Shown one piece after another: positions 54,201 to 64,000 of a stretch of 64,000 bases of DNA (its first letter is position 1; each line of letters opens with the position of its first letter). This DNA is from Epiperipatus broadwayi. Lineage: Eukaryota > Animalia > Onychophora. The stretch covers positions 23,126,001 through 23,190,000 of the forward strand of contig JAQFVV010000005.1 of assembly GCA_028023455.1 (NCBI GenBank), in the 5' to 3' direction. The notes beneath the pieces were generated by a model. It was not told the DNA's origin, did not search any database, and saw only the letters and a list, made by a program, of their open reading frames with translations. The position numbers and the translations under genes are program-made.

Positions 54201-57200
54201 TTGTGATATGCTTTGTATTCATAAATTACTAGGGGATATCATTTAAATATTGTTATAATCCAAAACTTCTGATGCAATTTATCATTTTGTTCTTAAAGCA
54301 AACTTCATGTTTTATTTAATATGTACTCCCATCCACAGATGCGCTTTCATCATTTTAATTTTTATGTATATTTAATAAATTGCTTATGGTAGATTTTCTT
54401 TTATATATAGACTAAAGTTTCATTTTTTGTTTGTATTTTTCATTTAATTTTTTTCTTTTCAATTTTGAGTTTGATCTTTATAATTTTGTGATTTATTATT
54501 ATGGAAATAAATCTAAAACTCATAATGAAATAAATCAAAAAGATGAAAACATAAAATTCAAATAGAAAAATAACTAGTCTTGCGTTGTTAGCCGAGAGGT
54601 ATCGCAGCCGCCATGCAAGCAACTAGTTGGTTGCAGACGGTTGTGGGTTCGCGTCCCGGCCGATGCTATGACATATGGAAAAAAATAACTATATTAATTT
54701 CATTGATATATATAAAATCATTAAAGTAGATGATTAATTAATATAAATAGATATAGACAACAAATATTCTATGAATATTTCACAATTTGAAATTCAGACA
54801 AAACATAATAAAAAAATTTTTTTTTTTTTTCTAAAATTCTTTCATGACCATAGTTTCATTCATTAACAAATAAACCTTTTCAAGTGAAATTCAACAAGAT
54901 ATATACAACATATATATATATATACAAAACAAAACAACCATCCCATCATTCACTTCAAAAACCAACTTCCTTTAACATCAAAGAATGACTTCTTGAGATT
55001 GGTGGTCTCAGATTCAAGAAAATTATCAGTTTCTGTTACTCTTCTTTTTAATTTTCTTCTTCATAAAAGAAACTGATGATAAATTTTTTTGAATCTAAGG
55101 GCATATTAATCTCATGAAATCTTTTATGTTAAAGGAAGTTTTTTTTTTTGAAGTGAATGAAGAGAAGGCTAATTTGTTTTGTATGTATATGTTGTTTGCA
55201 TCTTGTTGAATTTCACTTGACAAAGTATATTTGTTAATAGATGAAACATGGTAGTGGAAGAATTTTAATAAAATTTTGTTTTTTTGACTAATATTGTAAT
55301 GTTATATGATTTTCTATTTTATTTATCATTACTAGAATAGTGGTAGGCAGTATTTAATTTTAATATATATATATATATTACTAATAAAACATTCTAAATA
55401 CTAGTCAGAATAATAGCATGTGGTAAAAGAAAGAGATGATGGAAAGGAAAACTACTTACTTGCTATTGAGAATTCTTTGGTCTATAATTTGTGCAATCAG
55501 CTCACAATCTCTTTCTAATGCATTCAATGTGTTCTGGATGGTTTGATTGATTGTCTTTTCGATTTCTTTACATACTTCATCAATTTGATTGACACAACGA
55601 ATAGTCTGAAAACAATTAGTCATAAATACGAATCACAATACTGAAAAATAAAAAATTGAACCAACAGAAACTACGCAAATGAATACAAGTTTTAAATATT
55701 TTCAGTTTTTTTGTAAAATAATTGTTAATGATTTTGAACAACTTTTTTTAAAAAAAGTAGTTAATAATTCTCATTATAAGTCTATAAAGCAACTCATCCA
55801 TAAGAAGCAAACAAATTTTATCAATATCAAATTACGTTACTTAAAAGGAGTAAACAAGATCCCTAGATATTTAATAGATTTAAAATTCAAAGAGAAAAAA
55901 TTATTCAAATTCAATTTTAAAAAAAACATTTAAATTTTAATTCAAATGAACCATTGTGGGACATACACACACAACAATTTTATGTATAAACTAGCAGTAA
56001 TAATCCATCAAAAATCTGACAGGAGAAAAAAACAATCTTCCAATATTATCTTTCATGCATGCAACATTAACTTGAGCTCAAAATATACAAACATAAAGTT
56101 AAATCCAAAAGAGAGCTCTTTCCTTTGATTGTAATTTTTCTATGTAGAAATTGCAGTTAATGTAAATAAAATGCACTGTTGGTTTTAAATATGACATACA
56201 TACATATCTGTATATACCATCAAACATTCTATATATACAAATGATAAAAAATAGTATTATATCATAAATGTAACATAAATAATAAAAATTAAGAGGAGGA
56301 TATTAAAAAAACTTTTTTGATAAAAAATGCTATTTATGAAAATCGAACATATAGTGGAGCCACAATATTTGCTATATTTTGTTCCAAACGCATCTCACAT
56401 ATATCATGTATAACAGCTTACATTTTCTTTACTGAATTGCATGTATACAGTATTCTTCAATATACACATTTATATAACACAGACACTTTTCTAGATATAT
56501 GGATAAATTAAAATTATAGTATAAACAACATTTAAAAAAAAATAATTATCAATAATAAATTGACAGAGAACATTTACGTATATATTTTCTGTATGTTCAT
56601 TCCTATGCATTCATTCAAAAAATAAAAATAATAACTTACTGTTTGATAACGTTACTTTTTTAAATAAAATGAGTAATAGCAAAACATCAGATCTTCATCG
56701 CAATTAAATTTTTTTTTCCCCAAGAAACAAACTAGCAGTCTCATTATCAGTGGATTAAGATCACTCTGTTTGTTTTCATGTAAGTTGAAGAAACAATATT
56801 AATAAATATGGAATACAGTGCTCTGACATAAAAAAAAAATGGCAGCTATCATATTGTGAACTTTAATAAATTTATGAACGTGAATGTTTTTACTTTATGT
56901 TAATTTACTTTTTTTTTCTTATTTACAAACTTTTTTTTTTTTAGATAGCATATAATAGAAATAATGCATATTGACACAGCATATATTGTAGCTTCAATAT
57001 ATTTATAAGTGCTTATAGAAACAATGCATAACTCTAGCTGAAATCTACATAAAACATTTGACATGCCCCATAGTTATATTTTTCCAGCCAAAGAAAGCTC
57101 AAATTCACTCATCTCTGCCATCTGGATGGCAGGTTCTGGTGCTTGGAAGGTCTCACAAGCCTAGGTTTTGGAGGGGATCTGAATGCTGTGGTGATTAGTA

Positions 57201-60200
57201 AGGACATTGGATGAGAGAGTCTGAGCTTTGGAAATACCCCAAGGCCTGGTTCCTAGTCCTTAGGAGGGGGGGCTGGGACATGGGTGCTGCAGGGATTAGT
57301 ACAGGTTTTCACTTTCTCATCTGGGTGGTGGAGATGATGTGATTCTTGGTAGCTGTGATCTACCTAGTTGCCATTAAGGTCAGAGGTTACTTAGTAAACT
57401 ATGAGAGAAGCTATGAATGGCAAGATATATACATATACAATTCAAGTTTTCTGTTCACTCAGTAAATCAAGTTCTGCATTGTAAATCATAGTTTGAATCT
57501 TGGATATCACTACATATAACATGTAAATTCAAAGATTAATATTATGTTAATAAATCATATTTTGAGAAAAAAGAAAGCTCAAATTTTAACAGTCTATTGA
57601 AAAGGAATAATATAGCTATGGGGCATTTCAAATATTTTATAAATATTTCTGCATATTCAAAATAAGAGGGGGGAAAAACCTTGAAAATACCACTAAATAG
57701 ATAAAAGCAAAAAAAAACAACAACAACTAAGCATTGATTTTAAAATTTACTGATGCGATTATTTTTTTAAAAATGTTATTTGATGACTGTTGCAGTAAAT
57801 TATTTTTGCAGCATTATCATGCATGTAAACAATGAATCATTAATACATTCTAAATAAAGTTTTTGATTGCAAATAATAAAATATTAAAAAGATCAATAAT
57901 GTAAATAAATTACATTTAAAATGCACTGGTAAATAATACCTTTTACATAAAACACATAACTTGTATCAAATATTTATAGTCAAATGGTCAATATGCAACT
58001 TAATAACATTTTTTATTATTATTCAGGTTTGAATCATGAGTGTAGAAAATACTTTTTTTATAAGGCAAATTATTTGGATAGAACTTAATAACCCCCAATC
58101 CTAAGATATTGCAGGATTATTCAAAATATAGATAATTTATGTCAATTTGTTTAAAATATTTCTACATTTAGTTTTTTTCTTTCTTATCATAATTAAAGAA
58201 AATGAAAAACTTCAAATTTTAATATCATCATGGAAAAGATTTAGTAAAATAAATATTCAGGTAATTATATTTAAAATCAATGATTTTTTATTTTTATAAT
58301 TCACTTATAGTCATTTTTTTACTAAACTGTTATTGGTATATTTGCATAATGCTTGTAAATATTTCACATTAGCTTAAGATAATTCCTGCACCTTAGAATT
58401 TTTTCAGATAGCCGTCAATAGCCATACATTATTGGTCTGAAATGGATATATAACTATTTTTAATATGGCAAGATAATTTGAGTTAGCCAGATGAGTTTTG
58501 GTGGTTTATCCATAAAAGAAAAAAAGAAACATTTGAGTTAGCCAGATGAGTTTGGTGGTTTGTGTTTACTGATAACATACACAGTATATATAAGAACTAA
58601 AAGATGATGATAAAATGTGATATGGTACAAATAACGTAAGTTGCCATGTAATAAAACTTAAGAGTAGGAAAAAAAAAAAGGACTTATTAAAAAACAAAAG
58701 CAAAGATTATGATTAACAAAAAAATAGAAAAAAATTTACATAAATGAGTATAAGTGTGAAAATTTAGAAATAACAACTAAGAAAAACGTAGCTTTAGAAA
58801 CAAAAAACGTACAAGAAAGCAATGAAATTAAAAGTGGTTAAAGTATTTCTTGCCATAATGCACAATTTTCTGATATATTTATTATGTTCTATATAATGTC
58901 AACAACCATATTTAATACCAAAAAATCTAAAATGTTAGTTATATTCTACTTAAGAATAAAACAATAGCTATTAGTTTGTTAAATTAACAAAAATAAAGAA
59001 TAATTAGAAGCTAAGCAAGGTTGATAAATAGAGACAAAAAAAATATGCCCTCTGTACTACACAGACAAGCTAGCAAGTTCTATCAATGAGTTATGTCATA
59101 TGTCCGATTTATTTAATATAAATAGCAAAATAAAAATAATTTTATTAAAATATAATTTTAAAAGTTAAAATGGTACAAGACAAACTTAAAACTGCACCTT
59201 ATTATGAAGTAACTGAAGTCCAGTATTGATGGAATAGTCAATAAGAATACTATACACACATCTGATCCGAAATCAAGAAAAAAATATCAATACAAGTTGA
59301 TAACAATTGATGTTGTAAATAGAAGATCTTCCACATATAGCAAATGAAAATGTTAAGATTCGTAAGGAAATATTTATATAAAGCCTATCAAAAAAGAAAA
59401 AGAATATGGAACAAACTATGAAAAATAATGAACTTGAAGTTAGAATAGGATAGATATTGGCAAATATACCTTTAGAAAGCCAGCATCAGTGCTACACCCA
59501 GTTAAATATGTTGAACAGGCAAGAACATACAATAACCTGTAATGCACAATACTTGGTCTATTATAAATAAAATGGCATGAATTTTTTTCTCTACTTTAAT
59601 ATTTATTCAGACATATGAAACAGGAGGTTACAATGATTAAAAAAAAAAAAAATCTTTCAATCACATGGAATATTTAATATCATACAACATACATAAAATT
59701 GAGACATATTTCTACATTTGAAAATAAACAGAATGCAAATTAATCAAATCACTTACTTTATTTGGATTTGGAATATAAATAGTTGGCATATCAAATCCTG
59801 TCCGATTTAATCCAGGCCTTTTACATAATTCTTGAACAATTTGCATCAAAACCCTCTAGAAGAAAACAAAATTTAAGAATATTATTTCATCTAAGAAATA
59901 ATTGTGCTTTTAATTTTAATACTAATTAAAAATGTAGTAGTAAATTATAAAAAGATTAATTAATAAATAAAAAGTGTTGATAATATCAATAAGATAAGAT
60001 TAGATAGATATGTATTTTCAAATACAAACAGTGAAGAGTTAATAAATGGAAGAAACTGACAGGCCTAGCAATTCTTCCTACCTGAACAAAAAAAAAAATA
60101 GCAAAAAACTATTTGTGAAAATATCTACTATCGTGTGTCTATTACATGCTAAAAATTTACATAATGTTAAGATAGATTCCATTACTATATAATGTAGAAA

Positions 60201-63200
60201 TAAATTAATCTGAATTTGTGTATTATTTAACGAGATGTGGTTTTAAAAATAAGAACAAATTCAAATACTGGAAACATTAAACTTGGGATTCATGTCTCAA
60301 TACCATTATATATGAATGAATTTTAAATACATTCATAGTTTTTCACTAACAGAATAAAAAATAATTATTGTGATAGAGATAATTATAGTAAAAAATATAA
60401 CAATTACAATAAAGCTAAATAAAGAAATATCATTTATGAAATTAAAATAGCAAAGATTAAAGAAAAATAACTGCATAGCAATCATACAAAAAACTTACTA
60501 AAGAAAGATATAATGAGTAATCCAAAAAAGTAATTACTGTACAAAAGAAACAAAATACAGATAATGGCACTAAGGTTTTTTTGTTTTTGTTTTTTCAGGA
60601 TGAGTGAAAAATAACAGATAAATTAAATATAAAAAGAATTTTAGGATTATATTGTATACAAAAATTGATAGTTTATACACATATGGATAAGTTTGGACAA
60701 GCAATAATTGCATATCATCTATGAATATTAATAAAACAGAACGTTACAAAAATTTAATTCAAGGAAAATGACAAAAAGAAAAACTTTATTAGTAAAAAAA
60801 GCAGAGAAAAAATTCTGCTCAGCTACCAAATAGTGCAATACTTATTTCTTTTTTGCAAACACTGTGATGTATTTAGTCTGGAAAAAAATAGTTATAACCT
60901 ATTAAACAATTTATGGACACTAGATGATAGCATAACATATGCAGATCACACGCTAAAAACAAATATGCTGTGGAAAAGATAATTTCATTACTATATAATA
61001 TCAAAGCAGTAGATTAATCGTGATATTTTGGTACATTTCATATCTTTGTCAAGGCACTAGTTTACAAATCAAATTACAAAAAATTGTAAAACTTCTGGAC
61101 TAGTTTCAGGCTTGCATTCTTGAATAAGTGGTTTAATTTATAAATTTGGAGAATATAAAGACCAATGAATGGTTACTTTGCCTTCTAACAGCTTCTCCTG
61201 TCAAATGAAGACCAGCTAGCTAGAAAAACAACATAGAATTCTGTATGCATTTACTATCTTGACTTACTGTTTACATTAAACAGACTGGGGTGAAATCACA
61301 TGGTACTACTATATAGGAGATAGGGAGAGAAAAAAAAATTGTGGTATGCATTAAAAAATTATGCATAAGAAACATTAGAATGACAGGTTTTGAATTTAAG
61401 ATTTGAGAAATCTAAATATCCATGGGCATAGTAGTTAAAATTTATAGGTAGGTCAGATACATGTATGAAATATATTTTATCAGCATATTTGAAATGTCTT
61501 TCTACAATCAAACTGTTTGATACAAAAATTGATTTGATTTAACCATCATTGTAGTAAATCATTTTTACAAAAAAAATACTTTTCAAATACATGCATTTAA
61601 TTGTACAAGCATTCCTATGATAATTAAAGCTTTGAAACATCAAGATAAGAACAAGATATGTGGTTACATACTGAGAATACTAATCAAAATATAACAGTAG
61701 TTAGATGACATGTTGATAATAAGAAGATTAATATTGATAAAGATGTATGATAGCATGATTCTATCTCTCACAAAACTTATAGCAATTTTACAGGAAATAT
61801 AAAGAAAATCTAAAAAAATACAAGTAAAGTTTATTGTTCAAGTCATCTAGATTTTGCAGATGATGTGGTTGTTTTTACAAGTATGCTTCAGAAAATTTAC
61901 AAAAACTATCAGATAAAAGCAAAAAGATGAAATTAAAGTTAAAGCTAAAAAAATTAAAGTAATGTTCAATTGCTTTTAAGAAAATAAAGAATGATAATAA
62001 TGAATTAGAAGTTAACTATAAATATTCTGATCAGATTATTAATCAGGATGGAAACGTAGTGGATAAAAAAAAAAAACTCATAAAATTAAACTTGGATGGA
62101 GTGTTTTTAATAAAAATAATATTAAAAGGAAATATGTCTATGTGTTTACCAATACCTGCTTTGGGATCTGATTGGAATATTTAATAGAGGAATGATATAG
62201 TGACTTCAAACTACACAGCGAAGTATGGAATGAAGCTATCACTGACCGAAGTGAAAAAAATTAAAATACTAAAATGGAGTTGAACTAAACATATCATTAG
62301 AACAGATGGTAATAGATGTACACCCGGGTCTCGTTTTATGCGGATTTATTTAATGCGATTTTGAAGTTATGCGATTCATGTTTCTTCATAATATCTTTGT
62401 ATGCGTTTTTCTTTTATGTGATAAAAATTATTAGATCAGAAGTCGAGCTCCGATAATGCGTTATTACTTTAAATATTATAAATTTTGTGCGCTAACGTCA
62501 TATTTAAAGTAACAGTATATTATCGGAGTTTGACTTCCATCTAATAATTTCAATATTTTCAGCGCTTTATAATAGTACTTTAATAGATTTTATGAAATAA
62601 AGAAGTTCATAATTCACTTAAAATCAGGATTTCCCCATTTTATATACACACATTAAATTTTACAAGATTATAATGTAAATCTGTTCAAACATTATAGATG
62701 CCTATACTATGCAAGGTGTTGTTTTTGCATTTTAAATCACATTCTATTTTTGCTTTTAAAAAAAAAAAGAGTACGTAATCAATCTGAAATTAATGTCATG
62801 TGAAACGATGAAATTTGATTTTTTAAACGGAATTGAAAATTAAAAAATTAAAAACAAAAATAAGAATTTAATTTTTAATGGTTAGTTTTAATTTAATTTT
62901 GTCCAACAGTGGTGAGTCGGTCTTATTTTTATTTTAAACTTTTAGTTTACCATAATGGAGAGGAAAAAACACCCAAGAAAATGAATTTCTTTGGAAACAA
63001 AAATTTCAATTTTAGATCGCTTAGCGAAATGGGAAGGATCAACAGCGATTGAAAAACATTTTAGTTTGGGTGAATCCACTATAAGACCAATTTAAAAAAA
63101 AGAAGTTGGCGCTAGTTGTATTTCCTCTTGTGACGAATCTGATGTCTCAAATAATGATAATGATTAAAATACTGTACATGTATAAAAAAAATGTAAATTA

Positions 63201-64000
63201 CGCAAAAATATATTGTTTTGAATAAAAGTTAATACTGTAGTTAATAAAAAAAGTTTGTCTTGTATCAATTTTTTTCAAATTTGAAATTTTTTATTAGTCA
63301 TATTTTATTTTCTTGTTTTTTTTTATGCAAATTTTAACGTAATTTTACGTTGTTGCTTTGCTTTTATGCAATTTTTGGAAAATTACAGTACATATCCTCC
63401 ATTTTTCAAGGTAAGTTAAGTCTATTTTTGTGCGATTTCTTGTGTGCGCGTTTTCCGAGGAACCTATCTACCGCATAAAACGAGACCCAGGTGTATATAA
63501 GTTTTAAATTGGATCCCAAGAGAATATAAGTCCTAAAAAGAAACCATATGTGCTGTGAATGGATAGGAAATGCTGGAGTGATACCAAGAAAAAAATAATG
63601 GATGGGAGAAACTTGATTAAACTTAAGATTTTTATCTGGCAGTGAATTTATAAAGGCTATACAAGAATAGAAATAAATCCTCTGCCATAATAAATATAAC
63701 TATATACATATATAAAGATTTTAAAAGCTTAACCAATGTCAATTTTCTTTTATCATTCTAATTTATTATGGGTCATGTGTTAATTCAATAATACAAACTT
63801 TCATTGCACTAACCAACTTTCTACAAATAATCATTTATATTTATAAAAAATGTATTTTAATATAAAAACATAATTATAGTTGCAAATGTTTCATTATAAA
63901 TGCTATACTGACAATCATGACTGAGGTTCATCAATTTAACACCCACCTGCCGATCACTCTCATGTCCGGCTTCATCTGCTTTACTTAGATAAAATCGAAT
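45202..64000 (-). CDS. Uncharacterised membrane-anchored P-loop GTPase-like protein (EHD/sarcalumenin/dynamin-like G4 motif, coiled coil, 2 TM helices, C-terminal tail), 3' part of a spliced gene
   Basis: Seven exons (63947-64000 partial, 59757-59855, 55460-55605, 49287-49458, 49081-49193, 45341-45425, 45202-45258) have canonical AG/GT sites and matching phases (0,0,2,0,2,0). They give one 241-aa open frame ending ...QSVSEHDLG*. The exon structure is well supported; the GTPase assignment rests on the IRFYLSKAD motif and remembered family similarity only. Confidence 0.85.
45341..45425 (-). CDS. GTPase-like gene exon: (R)LRTTLSKKQMKTLFEQRNYVADYVKDKK
   Basis: Acceptor tttgacag, donor AAA|gtaaga; 85 nt, phase 2/0. 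Confidence 0.88.
46216..47392. mobile_element. Tc1/mariner-superfamily-like MITE (family 2), copy 1
   Basis: TA-flanked TIRs (tacctgggtctctttgtgcgg / ccgcataaaaagagacccaggtg); homologous to 62319-63495. Confidence 0.85.
46605..46772. repeat. Short near-perfect foldback (about 71-bp arms, 24-nt loop)
   Basis: 46605-46675 is the reverse complement of 46700-46772 with few mismatches. Confidence 0.9.
49081..49193 (-). CDS. GTPase-like gene exon (TM2): APIRQFWRGIPTDYHMHVLATMIVISVGLLVLAKWST(R)
   Basis: Acceptor tttctattttag, donor AG|gtgatt; 113 nt, phase 0/2. Confidence 0.88.
49287..49458 (-). CDS. GTPase-like gene exon (TM1): (N)SNSSFNLRARGKGLMFSTLGLLLPLVLIINFLVSSVSKEFLETIFGTFAVNMLDIYL
   Basis: Acceptor ttttctttgtgttttag, donor CTA|gttagt; 172 nt, phase 2/0; lies inside track ORF 49266-49592. 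Confidence 0.9.
49836..50972. mobile_element. Inverted ~88-bp repeat pair: TIR element or two inverted SINE-like copies
   Basis: 49836-49923 and 50883-50972 share gtcttatag.taaagacgc...atggcaccgttttcacgctaaaac. A B-box-like gggttcgaac lies at 50869-50878. Confidence 0.7.
51027..51802. repeat. Imperfect AT-rich inverted repeat (arms about 51027-51230 and 51481-51802)
   Basis: Core match tgaacatataattttacattttatatatatacatata.tctatcttataatcat with its reverse complement at about 51630-51685. Confidence 0.85.
54582..54666 (+). mobile_element. tRNA-derived SINE head or tRNA pseudogene
   Basis: A-box tagccgagaggt (54589-54600) and B-box gggttcgcgtccc (54645-54657); partial acceptor stem gcgttg/cgatgc; D and anticodon arms do not fold properly. 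Confidence 0.65.
54828..55275. repeat. Long imperfect foldback (about 205-bp arms, about 33-nt loop)
   Basis: Successive complementary blocks such as caagtgaaattcaacaagat/atcttgttgaatttcacttg, aacttcctttaacat/atgttaaaggaagtt and gattca...atcagtttct/agaaactgat...tgaatc. Confidence 0.88.
55460..55605 (-). CDS. GTPase-like gene exon (helical/coiled coil): TIRCVNQIDEVCKEIEKTINQTIQNTLNALERDCELIAQIIDQRILNS
   Basis: Acceptor ttgttttcag, donor AA|gtaagt; 146 nt, phase 0/2; heptad-like hydrophobic pattern. Confidence 0.9.
57106..57569. mobile_element. 464-bp insertion flanked by a perfect 16-bp target-site duplication (probable truncated retroposon)
   Basis: aaagaaagctcaaatt at 57090-57105 and 57570-57585; GC-richer first half; aataaa at 57549-57554 near the right end. 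Confidence 0.7.
59757..59855 (-). CDS. GTPase-like gene exon: RVLMQIVQELCKRPGLNRTGFDMPTIYIPNPNK
   Basis: Acceptor ttttcttctag, donor AAA|gtaagt; 99 nt, phase 0/0. Confidence 0.9.
61550..62318 (+). mobile_element. Degenerate RTE-like LINE RT/3' region
   Basis: IKALKHQD (about 61622), an FADD motif (about 61853) and a KW..KHIIRTDGNR-like end, interrupted by the MITE at 62319. Confidence 0.7.
62319..63495. mobile_element. Tc1/mariner-superfamily-like MITE (family 2), copy 2
   Basis: TA|CACCCGGGTCTCGTTTTATGCGG ... CCGCATAAAACGAGACCCAGGTG|TA, near-perfect TIRs. Confidence 0.9.
62425..62550. repeat. Short 126-bp palindromic insert nested in MITE family 2 copy 2
   Basis: aaattattagat..gaagtc.a.ctccgataat matches its reverse complement at 62518-62550; inner stem ttactttaaatat/atatttaaagtaa; absent from copy 1. 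Confidence 0.85.
63947..64000 (-). CDS. GTPase-like gene exon (cut by window edge): IRFYLSKADEAGHESDRQ
   Basis: Open to the window end; donor CAG|gtgggt; the hydrophobic strand followed by SKAD resembles the G4 motif (N/T/S-K-x-D). Confidence 0.85.

Noticed and set aside
54582-54666. Functional tRNA gene
   Set aside because: D and anticodon arms do not fold and the T stem is incomplete; kept only as a SINE head or pseudogene.
1671-56511. Most short ORFs in the supplied track (F/I/L/K/N-rich, 60-120 aa)
   Set aside because: Their composition is that of random AT-rich DNA or antisense frames of TE relics; none has a splice context or recognisable domain.
56640-56822. Exon-like segment on - with cag acceptor and gtaagt donor
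   Set aside because: It cannot be read through in the phase-0 frame needed between exons 59757 and 55605, and the gene model is complete without it.
1-64000. CRISPR arrays, rRNA, operons or other prokaryotic systems
   Set aside because: No regularly spaced repeat-spacer units or rRNA-like sequence were seen; spliceosomal introns and eukaryotic TEs show the window is eukaryotic.

Overview
Very AT-rich, intron-rich eukaryotic genomic DNA, probably from an arthropod (inferred from composition and TE families). The supplied ORF track mostly misses the real genes because they are spliced. I found two convergent genes, and splice phases are consistent across all exons of both. (1) On the + strand are the last five coding exons of an SLC6 Na+/Cl- neurotransmitter transporter resembling invertebrate glycine transporters (5777-35110). 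(2) On the - strand are the last seven coding exons (45202-64000, about 241 aa) of a protein I cannot name. It has a G4-like SKAD motif, a long helical/coiled-coil segment, two transmembrane helices and a basic C-terminal tail, which suggests a membrane-anchored EHD/sarcalumenin/dynamin-like GTPase. Introns and the intergenic region are full of transposon debris: Ty3/Gypsy relics, many RTE-like LINE fragments, a CCHC-ending LINE, two MITE families and a tRNA-like SINE head. There is also a very young Penelope-like element with ~498-bp near-perfect inverted arms. Other points of interest are two hammerhead-ribozyme candidates (one with a U3-A8 covariant core), a cluster of foldback hairpins in the GTPase-like gene's introns, and a clear template-switching scar at 48368-48596. 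No CRISPR, rRNA or intact tRNA was found.
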